From assembly GCA_002269645.1 (NCBI GenBank), contig NIVC01002350.1:117813-181812 (forward strand): a stretch of 64,000 nucleotides of DNA, read 5' to 3'. Shown one piece after another: positions 38,201-51,072 of the stretch. Each line of letters opens with the position of its first letter. Position 1 is the stretch's first letter. The position numbers and the translations under genes are program-made. The DNA comes from Macrostomum lignano. Taxonomy: Eukaryota. Under the pieces are notes generated by a model. That model was given only the letters and a program-made list of their open reading frames with translations, was not told the origin of the DNA and ran no database searches.

Positions 38201-38332
38201 AGATCAGCTACTGCGACGGTTTCATCAATTTACAGTATAACAGGCTGCTTATGCCCCATATTTCCATTACTCCAATATCCCAAACAGTGCTCACATCTCC
38301 CCCCTCTGACCATCCGGTTCCCAGCTCTGACA

Positions 38333-38692
38333 ATGGGCCGCCACTTCATCCAGCACCTGGGCGGCGATCGGGTGTTCTCCTGCAGCAACTGCGACTGTCC
38401 GCTCACCAATCGCAAAGAGCTGGTCAGCACCCGGTTCACCGGTGCCACCGGTAGAGCCTTCCTGTTCAACCGGGTTGTCAATCTGGAATTCAGCGGCATT
38501 CACGATCGCATGATGTTGACTGGCCGTCATCTGGTTCGTGACGTCAGCTGCAAAAAGTGCAAAGCCAAACTTGGCTGGATATACGAGTTCGCCATTGAGG
38601 AGGGCCAAAAGTACAAGGAGGGCAAAGTCATTCTCGAGCGCGCGCTTATTAACGAGAGCGAAGGCTTCCCGGATCCCGTCAGGGACTCTTGA
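38333..38692 (+). CDS. YPEL5: Protein yippee-like 5
   Basis: [20 protein letters not shown]...[14 protein letters not shown]...[16 protein letters not shown]...LGWIYE...[13 protein letters not shown]. Both CxxC pairs are intact; coding region uninterrupted. Confidence 0.95.
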   Translation: MGRHFIQHLGGDRVFSCSNCDCPLTNRKELVSTRFTGATGRAFLFNRVVNLEFSGIHDRMMLTGRHLVRDVSCKKCKAKLGWIYEFAIEEGQKYKEGKVILERALINESEGFPDPVRDS

Positions 38693-38696
38693 ATGG

Positions 38697-39710
38697 TAGG
38701 GGCCGGGTATAGATGCTGAATAGGGGCGGGTATAAATGCTGAATAGGGGCGGATATAGATGCTGAATAGGGCCGGGTATAGATGCTGAATAGGGGCGGAT
38801 ATAGATGCTGAATAGGGGCGGATATAGATACTGAATAGGGGCGGATATAGATGTAAATAAAATAGGGGCGGATATAGATGCTAAATAGGGGCGGGTATAA
38901 ATGCTGATTTGGGGCGGGTATAGATGCTGAATAGGGGCGGGTATAGATGCTGAATAGGGGCGGATATAGATGCTGAATAGGGGCGGATATAGATGCTGAA
39001 TAGGGCCGGGTATAGATGCTGAATAGGGGCGGATATAGATGCTGAATAGGGGCGGATATAGATACTGAATAGGGGCGGATATAGATGTAAATAAAATAGG
39101 GGCGGATATAGATGCTAAATAGGGGCGGGTATAAATGCTGATTTGGGGCGGGTATAGATGCTGAATAGGGGCGGGTATAGATGCTGAATAGGGGCGGGTA
39201 TAGATGCTGAATAGGGGCGGATATAGATGCTGAATAGGGGCGGATATAGATACTGAATAGGGGCGGATATAGATGCTAAATAAAATAGGGGCGGATATAG
39301 ATGCTAAATAGGGGCGGGTATAAATGCTGATTTGGGGCGGGTATAGATGCTGAATAGGGGCGGGTATAGATGCTGAATAGGGGCGGGTATAGATGCTGAA
39401 TAGGGGCGGGTATAGATGCTGAATAGGGGCGGGTATAGATGCTGAATAGGGGCGGGTATAGATGCTGAATAGGGGCGGATATAGATGCTGAATAGGGGCG
39501 GGTATAGATGCTGAATAGGGGCGGATATAGATGCTGATTTGGGGCGGGTATAGATGCTGAATAGGGGCGGGTATAGATGCTGATTTGGGGCGGGTATAGA
39601 TGCTGAATAGGGGCGGGTATAGATGCTGAATAGGGGCGGATATAGATGCTGAATAGGGGCGGGTATAGATACTGAATAGGGGCGTATATAGATGCTGAAT
39701 AGGGGCGGAT
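38697..39710. repeat. 23-bp G-rich minisatellite (TAGGGGCGGGTATAGATGCTGAA)n
   Basis: About 44 units beginning 4 nt after the YPEL5 stop. Confidence 0.97.
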
Positions 39711-40094
39711 GCAGTGCACAAACTATGTGCAATTAGGAGCAATTGTACAAACTGCCCTTTGGATTTGAACTAACAGTTGACAGACAACTAATGATTTATA
39801 AATATCTTTCCTAACCGTAATTTACACAGCGTTTTTGTTCTTTGATTTCACTCTGTTTTGTATTCTGTTTTTGATGCAATGCTCTTAACTATGGTTTAAC
39901 AGTTCCTGTGTATTATTTTGCTGTCTTGTGCTAAATCCTCTGATACAGTCTAATCCTTGACGTTTTTTTGTCTTCTAATAGGAAACTTATTATAGCCTGT
40001 TACAATTTCGGGAGGTGAACTAGCAATAAATAATTTTGCCAAATTAATTCCTTAATTTTTGTTTCATCCTGCTCTCCATTTTCCGTCTTCTGCT

Positions 40095-40820
40095 ATGATG
40101 TGTCTCCCTCTGCCTCCCCCCCCTCTCTCTGCCTCCTCCCCCTCCCTCTGCCTCCTCCCCCTCCCTCTGCCTCCTCCCCCTCCCTCTGCCTCCTTCCCTC
40201 TCTCTCTGCCTCCTTCCCTCTCTCTCTGCCTCCTTCCCCTCCCTCTGCCTCCTTCCCTCTCTCTCTGCCTCCTTCCCTCTCTCTCTGCCTCCTTCCCTCT
40301 CTCTCTGCCTCCTTCCCTCTCTCTCTGCCTCCTTCCCTCTCTCTCTGCCTCCTTCCCTCTCTCTGCCTCCTCCCCCTCCCTCTGCCTCCTTCCCTCTCTC
40401 TCTGCCTCCTTCCCTCTCTCTCTGCCTCCTTCCCCTCCCTCTGCCTCCTTCCCTCTCTCTCTGCCTCCTTCCCTCTCTCTCTGCCTCCTTCCCTCTCTCT
40501 CTGCCTCCTTCCCTCTCTCTGCCTCCTCCCCCTCCCTCTGCCTCCTTCCCTCTCTCTCTGCCTCCTTCCCTCTCTCTCTGCCTCCTTCCCTCTCTCTCTG
40601 CCTCCTTCCCTCTCTCTGCCTCCTCCCCCTCCCTCTGCCTCCTTCCCTCCCTCTCTGCCTCCTCCCCCTCCCTCTGCCTCCTTCCCTCTCTCTCTGCCTC
40701 CTCCCCCTCCCTCTGCCTCCTTCCCTCTCTCTCTGCCTCCTCCCCCTCCCTCTGCCTCCCTCTCCGCCTCCTTCCCTCTCCCTTTGCCTCCTTCCCTCTC
40801 CCTCTGCCTCTCTCCCTATT
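40095..40820. repeat. CT-rich ~20-bp minisatellite (CTTCCCTCTCTCTCTGCCTC)n
   Basis: Direct inspection. Confidence 0.95.
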
Positions 40821-41244
40821 AAACTGACCAGCAGCCCGTCAACAACGCTCTGTAGTCCTTTTATCTGGTAATTTCATTCTGTTGTTCCAGCGTATTCGAG
40901 TGTGTTAATTTGCCAGTCTCAACAGAGCGTGTTAATCTCTAGCTTTTTTATTAGGCTCAAAGCAAAGCTTTTCTTAAAAATTTCGCGACATACCTGATAC
41001 ACGCTACTTATTAGATTATGTTGCATAAGTAGCATGTTTAATTTTTACACAATAAAATTATTGTCTTTATTCATTAATAAATTTTATTGCGGCTAAAAAA
41101 GTTCTAATAAATCATTGTTGTGTATAATTATTGATATTACGTGCTTTCAAAATATATTTCAGCTTTCTCAACACGATAATGCCGTCTTCTCTTCGGCTTT
41201 TTTATTTAACAGGGGGCAAAATGTCTCGTTTCGTTTGAATGCTT

Positions 41245-41278
41245 TTCTGTCTGCTGTCTGTCTGTCTGTCTATCTTAG

Positions 41279-41355
<77 letters not shown>

Positions 41356-41395
41356 TAGTGTCTGTCTGTCTGTCTGTCTATGTGTCTGTCTGCCT
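41245..41395. repeat. (CTGT)n microsatellite
   Basis: Direct inspection. Confidence 0.95.
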
Positions 41396-41686
41396 TCCGT
41401 CTGGCACAACACAGCTTTAAAATAATTCTATACTGAACTGCAAAAAAGGCCAAGACAGAAGAAGCAGACGCTGGTCGGAGCAGTAGTTTAGCAAAACAGA
41501 AGAATTTTCTGCAACCAATCCGGCCACCGAAAGTCGCCTCTCAGCCAATCGCGCATGTTCCTCTCCTGTGTGTGAACCGGGGCGCAGTCTCTGCACACAA
41601 AATCTCTGGCCGCGGGAGCCGCTGAAAGCTGAGAGCCGCGTGCAGATAAGGCTTGGCTCTGTAGAGCGGGTAGGAATTGGAATTTA

Positions 41687-44600
41687 ATGGCTGAACCAGG
41701 CAGAAACGGTTCGCTAACGCCTACCAAGGCGGCGCCTGCGGCTGTCGGCGACACTGCCGGCGGCGCATCAACAGACGGCGCTGTGCCCAGCTCGCGGAAA
41801 GAGGTTTGGACTAATAAGCTGGGATTCTTCCTCTCCGTCATGGGATACAACATCGGCCTGGGCGATATTCTGCGCTTTCCCTACCTGGTGATGAAGAATG
41901 GAGGAGGTGAATAACTGTTCTGTCTGTATTAGCCTGTCAGTCTGTATTAGTCTGTCAGTCTGTATTAGCCTGTCAGTCTGTATTGGCCTGTCAGTCTGTA
42001 TTAGCTTGTCAGTCTGTAAGCATTTGAATTCATATTCATTCCATTGATTAGTTTGCTATACTCATACTCTACTCTGACATGCGTCAGAAGAATCAGTAAG
42101 CTATAATTTAAACATACGCTCAGACACACACTGCTGTTTAAGTTAACATGAAGCGCTGCCTTCCAATTCAAAGTAAGCAGCCGGCCCCCGCCCGTAACCG
42201 GAGCAGATCGCGAGCTGATACAACAAGCAACACTTTAGTCGCATTTGTAAATGCGATAACGAAGGGCGTTTTAAGAATTAACTTACTACTTGAATGCCGC
42301 TGTGTTGCATTTATCAAGCGCAGTTGTAAAAGTACAAGCGTATGGCCCGCACTCTGTACTACTGCGCAGTGCAAGTCGGCTGCTTCACACACCAGTTAGT
42401 TCGTTGCACCATGGACAGCTGAAGTAGAAGGATTTTCTTAGAAATGAGCTTTAGGCCGGTACAAGAAACGAAGCGTTCATCCAAGGAATTCTGAATCTAA
42501 TTCTAAAAGATTTAGAATTCCTTGGTTCATCCTATCGCCAGTGCGTTTAAATGAATGAGGTTTTGCCATAGACAATTTTAGTAGAGTCAGAGAAAATCCG
42601 ATTTCTCAACAGCGTAGTAATGCACTGGCGACGCGATACGAACAAGGGCTTAATCGCTCACTTAGGACGGGAAACTCAAACTCTTGTATATTCAACAATT
42701 TCAATTCAATAATTCACTTATCATTGATTTCTCACAACTTCTGCAATAGACAATGTCTTTAAACAAAGCTCATACTTTTCACCATCATTTGCGAGTTTTC
42801 CATCCTGGGTGACTAAGAAGCCCTTGGATACGACAAACATTCGTTCCTTACCGGCTTGCAGCTCTTTTCTAAGAAAATCTAGTGCAGATGTACATGCGTT
42901 TGCAACTTCCTCCCCCCGACACCTGTCTGTCAGTTTTTGGTCGATCAGTCAGTCAAAGGTCGACACAAATAGCTTTTAGGGATCGTGTGCATGTTTAGCT
43001 TAATTAATGGAGTGCTACTCAAAAACCTCTAACTATGCACGATATTGCTCTGCTCTAATGAGTAGTGGATAAGCTCGTCTCTCGGAGTAAAAGGAAATCA
43101 AATGATGGGGCAGGATCGGCAGCAGCCAGCTGATTGGTAGGTAAGGGATTTGTATTCATTTATTCAGCTAGTTTAAACATTGGGGTTTATGTCGAATTGT
43201 CTCTCTATTTGTTCTCAGGCTCATCTCCATCAAGGTAAAGATACGAGTAAGAGTTGGCTAGTGTGTTTGTGATGTTGCAACTCATTAATTTTTAATGAAG
43301 CAAGGTGATCAAATAGTAGCCATTTGACTTGCTTGGTGCGAACTGCAGGTGTTTTAGTGTCTGAGCATAAGCATGAGCATATAAAGCTTGCAAATGCAAT
43401 CGTTTTGATTGATGCATTTCTTCCAGAACTGTCTAAAGCATGACTTGGCACGAGTTCTTTTGTACTCGTAGTACGAGCGTAAAAATCAAGACGGTTGTTT
43501 ATTAACATGTGACAGCTGATGAAAAACTCGTGTAGGCCAGCCACTGGCGAGGGATTGTTTAGGACAGGTGATCAGCTCATGTGGGATTGTTTTACGATAA
43601 CGAATCATCTCATTTTTTAGTTTTAGACGAACAAAAATCTTAAAGAAACCACAATACCTAACAGAGCTACCATACCTCACTTTCCCACTCAGGTGCCTTC
43701 CTCATCCCCTATTTCACCTTCCTGTTCAGCATCGGAGTGCCGCTATTCGTGATGGAGCTCTCCCTGGGCCAGTACACCGGCAAAACTCCCCTGGTGTTCT
43801 ACCAGAATCTCTGCCCCATCCTGAAGGGCATCGGCTGGTGTAACATCATTAGCTGCTTCTTCTTCAACGTCTATTATATGATCCAGTTGGCTTGGATCTG
43901 CTTCTACTTGATTAACAGCTTCATGAATCCGCTGCCCTGGTCCGAATGCGACCCGGCCGCTGCCAATGCCAGCCTGTGCTACAAGCCGCACCTGTCGGAC
44001 AATTACACTGTGTCACCAGAGTACCTCACGGTCAGTTGTTTGCGTAGTTTTAGTATAATGGACTAGCCAAGTTGCCCCCCCGGGGGGGGGGAAGCTTCGA
44101 AGAGTGATCTTTTCCAGCAGGAAAGTATTGAAATTCGTAGTCACTTAATATATTTTACGCGAAACCATGTTGAAAACTTGATTTCACTCATCACCGCACT
44201 GAGTAAAAAGCAGATTTGACTGGCACCAGTGACAGTCAGTCGATGAAAAAAGATCGAAGAAGAAATACTATGGAAAACACTTTTCATTCCATAAAGAACC
44301 GCGGCTCGCACAAAGGGATAAAAGCGTAAAGAGGAGAGGTGCCACGGTAATATTTGATAGACAGACAGGCCAGAAATACAGAAACGCTTTTCTGTCACAG
44401 AAATCGAACTTGTCCAACATGTCACGCTTTCGAAAGCCTGCAATATGATTGATTTTATTGAGAGAAAGTGAGAAGTTCGCAACAGTGTTCATTTCCCCTG
44501 TTCTTTGTTGCAACTTTCATCTTGAGAGAGAGAAACTGGAGACGGAGACAGGCCCAGATGGAGGAACCTCCATTAACTGATCGTTTCTGTCGCTTTCTGT

Positions 44601-47600
44601 CACAGTCCCCCGGGAATGGAGATCTCTGGGTGATGTGGAGAGCGTCTTTGGGCGATTAGGCCTATGGCTAATTTCGTGCAATTCCGGGGAAATCGAGGGA
44701 GCACGTGAGGGAGCATCTTGGAAATTCAGGCGCTCCAAATATCAGCCAAAACGCTTTGAGAACTTTTGCATAATTGAAAGCCAGAAGAGTTCCCCTGATG
44801 TCTGCTCGGATCTCCTCGGAGTTGCAACTTCGACGCCCTGAGCAGCAAGTTTAAAAAGCGTGCCAATTCTTTTTTGATGAGCTTATCAATATCTTATTTC
44901 GAATGTCCCCGAACTCGAGAAGGGAATATAAATTATTTAGATCCGTGTTTCACAATTTTATACATTGGAATAAAATTTCAGAACATTGAAAACTGCTCCA
45001 TCTACGATTCGAAAGGCAAATCGCCCACTGAGTACTTCTTCGAGTGAGTTGAATTTTTACGGCAATATTTCTAGCGCGAATTCCAACTGTTGAACCAGTT
45101 TTTATGGTCAAACAATTAATTTTAGCCATAATCTGCTGAGCTTGACCGAAGGAATTCACGATCTTGGTGGCATGCGCTGGGACCTGCTGGGGCTCCTGCT
45201 GTTCTCCTGGATATTGGTGTACTGCTGCCTTATCAAGGGCGTTAAATCTCTTGGCAAGGTGAGAGATTCAAAGTTTTTGTTGCTTTTAGAAGACACCAAC
45301 TCTGGTTTTAGGGAGAGCTAAGACTCAAGAATTTCATTCGAGCTATGCTTCGACAAGGGGTCGGCAAACTCTGGCTACATGCGGTCCTCGAGACCTCTCT
45401 ATCCGGTCCTCGGGTCCTTTGAAACTTCATAATGGCAATCTCCTCTCATCTTCTCTCTCATCTCTTCTCTCATCCCATATATTATCACATCAATCTTCTC
45501 ATCTCTCTCGACTTTACTCTCTTCTCTTATCTCTCATCTCCTATTTCCCATTCTTTCTCTCCTCTATTCCCTCTCCTCTACTCTCTCACCTGGCCCGCAG
45601 CCATTAGCAAGGTTCTGTACCTGGCTTAGATCCAAAAAGCATATTGTTGTGTTACAAAAACAATCATTCAACAGGTAGTCTACGTCACCGCCCTCGGCCC
45701 GTACGTGTTCCTGCTAATCCTGTTCATCCGAGGCCTGTTCCTCCCCGGTGGCCGGGCTGGCATCATGTACTATCTCACTCCCGATTGGTCCTCGCTAGCC
45801 ACCGCACAGCCCTGGGTGGAGGCGGCCCAGCAGATCTTCTGGAGCCTCGCACCGGCCTGGGGCGGCACCATTTGCATGGCGTCGCACAACGCGTTCAACA
45901 ATAACATCTATCGGGACAGTCTTACGCTGCCGGTCTTGTCAGCGATGACGTCATTCTTCGGCGGCTTCGTCACCTTTGCCTACATTGGCGATTTAGCGAT
46001 GCGCAAAGGCCAGGCAATTAACTGCGTGCTGAAGCCGGGCCCCGGACTGGCTTTTCTGGTCTATCCGTCCGCCTTCGATACGTTGCCCTGGTCGCAGCTC
46101 TGGTCTGTGATCTTCTTTGTCCTGCTGTTGTTCCTGGGCTTGGACAGCTCGGTGAGCGACCGGAATGACGCGCTCTGTCAAGGATAACTTGAGTGGAAGG
46201 ATGGGGAACTTCTTAACTCTTAGAAAATACATGAAGTCCAAGAAAATCCCAAATCAAGAAGCAAGCAAACTGCCGTAGCCCAGTGGTCTGGCGCGGCGCT
46301 CTGATGTGCCAGCGGCCCAGGCTCGATTCCAAGTGCAGCCCACATTAATTTGGGGCTGAATTGGAATCTCGGCTTGGCTCTGCTCGTGCAATTAACGGCC
46401 TTGAGGGCCAACCCCCAAGGCACAGTGAAGTGTACATGCCTAACGATAAGTAAAGTTAGGGCCGCTGTACACTCCTGTGTGAGTGTGTGCCTGTGCGTAT
46501 GACTGCGTACGTATCCGCGCGCTTGTGTGCCTGCTCATGGGAGTCGGCGGAATGGGCAGTAATGCCTCTTACTGCTTGTGTGACAATGTAGCTTAAAGTG
46601 CGCCAGGGTGCACACAGCCCCCTGCGTCTAATAAAATTTTTCCGGCAAACTTGTGAGTGCACCACCTCGAACGAAGCACCCAAGTTTCCCATCCTTCCAT
46701 TTGAGCCGTTCTTGGACTTTGTAATCGTTTTATTTTAGTTAATTATCAGTCAACTAAGCCGCAAAATTTATCCCAATTTCAAGTTCACAACCTTCGAGGC
46801 CATGTACCAGAGTCTGATCGATGAGTATCCCATTCTGCGGCGTTGGCGAAATTGGGCGGTTAAGCTGGGCTTCTGCGCTGTCAGCATGTCGTTTGGCATC
46901 CCGATGGTCACCAGGGTGAGTCTAAGTTTTTTGTTATCCCATCGATACCGGAAGTTATCCCATCGATAGTGGAAGTTATCCCATCGATAGTGGAAGTTAT
47001 CCCATCGATAGTGGAAGTTATCCCATCGATAGTGGAAGTTATCCCATCGATACTGGAAGTTATCCCATCGATACCGGAAGATATCCCATCGATACCGGAA
47101 GTTATCCCATCGATATTGGAAGTTACCCCATCGATGCTGGAATTTATCCCATCGAAACCAAGTGGATCCAGTAGTTCTAACATTCATCCACATCCTCAAC
47201 ATCCTTATCAGGGCGGCTACTACATCTACACCCTGGTTGACTGGTATCAGGTCACCTTCATGATGGGCGTGGCGCTGTTTGAAGTCCTGGCGATTATCTA
47301 CGCATACGGTGAGTCCCTTCTGCACAACATTTATTATGAATCGGTGCCACTTTAATCGAGGAGAAATTTCAATACTTGAATGCGACAGGCAGCGGTCGGG
47401 TTCGCGCCAACATCCGCCTGATGACCGGAGTTCGAATGACCATCTTCTGGGACATTGTTTGGCGCGCCGTTCTGCCCATTGTGCTGCTGGTGAGCGCTTG
47501 ATTTCCTTTATATATTCGATTTGGAGCTCCCTTTGAATTTTGGCGCTCCTTTGATAGATTTGGCGCCCCATTTGATAGATTTGACGCTCCCATTTGATAG

Positions 47601-49590
47601 ATTTGGCGCTCCTATTTGATAGATTTGACGCTCCTATTTGATAGATTTGGCGCTCCTATCTGATAGATTTGGCGCTCCTATTTGATAGATTTGACGCTCC
47701 TATTTGATAGATTTGGCGCTCCTATTTGATAGATTTGGCTCTCCTATTTGATAGAATTGGCGCCCTATTTGATAGCATTGGCACCCATTTGATAGATTAG
47801 GCGCCCCCTTTTACGCAATTAAACACGTCGATATCCCGATTTGGAAAGGTGCATTTGATGAGGCTGTTTTCTCTTCAAAAAAGGGGATAAAAAATTTGCC
47901 GATCGAACCCCACTTGGAAGACGCACAGCTGACAAGAAGGTACATTTGTTCAGCAGAAGTCCGCACAGTGTCCATTTTATTTGAATAAATAATTAAGTGA
48001 ATTTCTGCCTATCAAAGGATTAGCCGCTCGGATCCATTTAATACGTAGCTAAATAGAGCCGGTCATGAATTAATTATTCAATTGGGAGCAGTTTTTAGGA
48101 GCGAATGGTGGAGAGAGCGAGTTAAACAGGCAGGCAGGCAGGCAATTTTATAACGGTATTAGCCAATAGAGCTCGCTTGTAAACTGGTCGGTGATATTTT
48201 CACCATCAATTTGTTAAAATCGGTGCCTGAGATGTTGAGGAGAAAACGTTGCTCGATTGGAAGAGAGGCTGTGACCTTTCTAAAAAGAGCTTCAATTAGC
48301 TCATGGCCTTCAAAACTTCACAATAGCAATCTGGCCCGTTCAAGGTTTGAGTCTCTTCTCAGTTCTCGGCTCTTCTCTATTTTATCTCCTCTTTCCTCTC
48401 TCATCTGACCCGCAGCCATGAGCTGGATTCTTGATCAAGCCTCCTGAGGTACATTTTGCCGATCCCTGAAGTACTTGTACTCGTAGCACTCTGAAAAGTG
48501 TTTAGAGAGTGACAGACTGTGATAAAGAAGGTTTTGAGAGTGATAGATACAGTCTCACTTTTGAGAGGGCTGTGAGAGTCGCAGACCAAATGATACGGAA
48601 GGTGTGATAATAGAGTGACAGACACAATAATACGATAAGGGAGAGTGACAGTCACAATAATACGATAAAGTGATAGTGACAGACACCAATACTTCACCCG
48701 CAGGCTCTGTTCATCTTCACCATGATGGAGTACCGGCCACCATCGTTCGCCGGCTACAAGTATTCGGACCTGGCCATTGCCATGGGCTGGGTGTTCGCGT
48801 CGCTCGGTATCGTGCCACTGCCGATGTACTCCATTTACCTGCTGGCCTACGAGCTCTTCAAGCGGAGCCGGTCGGAGGATAAGGAGCCGCTGCCCGCTGT
48901 GAGTTGAGTACATTAAAATGCATGGTAAACTGAGGTGGGAAACTAAAGAGGGAGTGGAGTAGCAGCCCAATTGAGGAGGGGTCGGGGGTAGCAGCCCAAT
49001 AAGGAGGCGGGTGGGGGTAGCAGCCCAATGAGGAGGCGGGTGGGGGTAGCAGCCCAATGAGGAGGCGGGTGGGGGTAGCAGCCCAATGAGGAGGCGGGTG
49101 GGGGTAGCAGCCCAATGAGGAGGCGGGTGGGGGTAGCAGCCCAATGAGGAGGCGGGTGGGGGTAGCAGCCCAATGAGGAGGCGGGTGGGGTAGCAGCCCA
49201 ATGAGGAGGCGGGTGGGGGTAGCAGCCCAATGAGGAGGCGGGTGGGGGTAGCAGCCCAATGAGGAGGTGTGAGTGGGGGTAGCAGCCCACTGAAGAGGAA
49301 GTGGGGGTAGCAGCCCAATGAGGAGGGGGTGGGGGTAGCAGCCCTCTGAAGAGGGGTAGCAAGCTACAAAGGATGTTAAACGTTGTCCTATAAAGAAAAA
49401 AAAGTACAATTTGAAATCCCTTAAGCTGGCCAAGCGGCTCGTCACTGCCACAGCCGACTGGGAGTTCGAACGCGACCAGAACCTGCTGTCTGACGAGGAG
49501 ATTAAACGGCGGTTCCTAAAAATGAGAGCCGAAGGTCGAGTCGAGGCTGTCGAGATGCAGAATCTGCGAGCTGATGGCGCGCCGGCCTGA
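41687..49590 (+). CDS. SLC6/NSS Na+-dependent transporter, amino-acid (GlyT/PROT-like) type; exons 41687-41906, 43693-44030, 44982-45043, 45126-45258, 45675-46151, 46784-46915, 47212-47308, 47389-47489, 48704-48898, 49426-49590
   Basis: REVW-like start, [19 protein letters not shown]|[39 protein letters not shown]|[35 protein letters not shown]|[13 protein letters not shown]. All GT-AG junctions are phase-compatible. Confidence 0.93.
41920..42020. repeat. 18-bp repeat (TGTATTAGCCTGTCAGTC) at the start of SLC6 intron 1
   Basis: About 5 units. Confidence 0.85.
45355..45625 (+). mobile_element. Degenerate hAT-like MITE copy (left TIR only)
   Basis: AAGGGGTCGGCAAA start, CT-rich core and GCCCGCAGCCAT shared with the 48300 and 49788 copies. 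Confidence 0.55.
46270..46430 (+). mobile_element. Short tRNA-derived SINE in SLC6 intron
   Basis: A box TAGCCCAGTGG (46276) and B box GGCTCGATTCC (46320). 3' tail ..GGGCCAACCCCCAAGGCACAG matches the 29-kb SINE. Confidence 0.7.
46932..47158. repeat. 21-bp minisatellite (GATAGTGGAAGTTATCCCATC)n in SLC6 intron
   Basis: Direct inspection. Confidence 0.93.
47505..47810. repeat. 22-bp minisatellite (TTTGGCGCTCCTATTTGATAGA)n in SLC6 intron
   Basis: Direct inspection. Confidence 0.92.
48300..48468 (+). mobile_element. Degenerate hAT-like MITE copy (right TIR)
   Basis: Ends ..CATCTGACCCGCAGCCATGAGCTGGATTCTT..TTTTGCCGATCCCTG. Confidence 0.55.
48950..49360. repeat. 29-bp G-rich minisatellite (CAGCCCAATGAGGAGGCGGGTGGGGGTAG)n in last SLC6 intron
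   Basis: Direct inspection. Confidence 0.95.
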
Positions 49591-49787
49591 GCTGGGGTGG
49601 AAGAATGATTACTGAGGATCCTTGAGCCGTCAATTCTGCATTGTACCCATTTTTTACTGAGAATTTTTACTGAAATTTATTTATCTTGTAATTCGAAATC
49701 TTGAATCAGCAATCATAAAAGAAAGCATCCGTAGATTTTCAATCCCAAATACAAAAGGTTCACCTATGCCAGCACATTGCATTCTAT

Positions 49788-50104
49788 CAGGGGTCGGCAA
49801 AATGCTCACTGTACCTAAAGGGTCAGGTAAAGAATCCAGCCCATGGCTACGGCCCAGATGAGGGACGAAGAGAGGAGAGAGAAGAGAGGAGAGGCGAGAG
49901 ACGAGAAATATGAGATTATATGAGATAAGAGGAGAAAGGAGAATAAAGAAAGGAGAGATTAGACTACATGATAAATGAGGGATAAAGAGGAGGGGGAGCG
50001 AAAAGAGAAGAGGAGAGAGGGAAGAGAGGAGATTAGAACGAAGGGAGCTGAGAAGAGAAATAAAATTTTAGGACCCCCATCGGTCTGGGGTTTGCCGACC
50101 CCTA
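49788..50104. mobile_element. hAT-like MITE, 317 bp
   Basis: 14-bp TIRs CAGGGGTCGGCAAA / TTTGCCGACCCCTA; GA-rich core; TSD not clearly preserved. Confidence 0.7.
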
Positions 50105-51072
50105 TCCTTGATATCATTCTGCTCCCAAATAAAACACGTCACGCTCTACTGAACTCTGCTGTTACTACTCTTTTGTAGTAGTTTGTCTAGCGAATCTTTA
50201 AATTGGCATAGTTTTTTATCCTGTTGTTACTGAATAGATATGTATATATATGTTAAGCTAATTAGGTCTAGTTCCTTCACTTGTTATTATTAGTCAATTT
50301 CTGTTGTAAAGCCTAATTACTTTTACCAACTACGCTCATATTTCGCACCATTCGTAAAATATTATTTACGTCTAATTGCATAATAAATGATAATATTTTT
50401 AAGGATCATACTGAAAAAATATGGCAAGAAGCGCCAATAGAAGGACCCTACTGTTAGTAAGTAGCATGGACAGAACAGTTCGATCTTTCTGAGAAATTGA
50501 AAAATCTTCAAAACATTCTTTCGGAAACTTAAAAAATACGCATTAATTATTTTTAAGGATTTTTTCCCGGAAGCTTTGAGCCTTTAAAACAATTTCTAAG
50601 AATCGAAGTGTTCTAAACTTAAATTTCTAGTGATCCTTGGATTTTTCACATCGCTGATATCAAGTATTCTTTCTTGTCACTTTTACCTGCCATCAACTAT
50701 TATATTATTGGGCTTATTATTCCTTTGTGTTTAATATTTTACCAGATCACCTATCTGATCGAAAACTGCATTCGCTCGACTTTTTAAGCACTTTTTTGCA
50801 CTCATTTTAGTTGCCTAGAAGAAATCAACTGAATAAATAATGGTATTCACTCAAAACCCTGAACACTTTGAATAAACTTTTTGAAAATATTGTTTTCATA
50901 TTAATAATTTATTTCTCTTGAAATTTTCCAGACAGGATACAGAAATTTCTCAGATTTTTTACCTTTATGTTACTGCAAAACCAGAAAAGATAAAGAAAGA
51001 GGTTATTAGTAGATTATTGTGCAAAATTGAATCAGATGGTGTTTGTCAGATTGCGTCAGCGAGATTGTGAGA

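Noticed and set aside
38291-39742. 483-aa and related ORFs with periodic sequence (also 18936-19784, 30921-31577, 37720-38169, 40059-40871, 48401-49451, 51281-52080, 52848-53701, 57668-58338)
   Set aside because: Translations of stop-free minisatellites; periodicity equals the DNA unit length.
43230-43680. Minus-strand LINE C-terminal relic ([10 protein letters not shown]) in SLC6 intron 1
   Set aside because: Only one weak motif amid stops and frameshifts; too little support to list as a feature.
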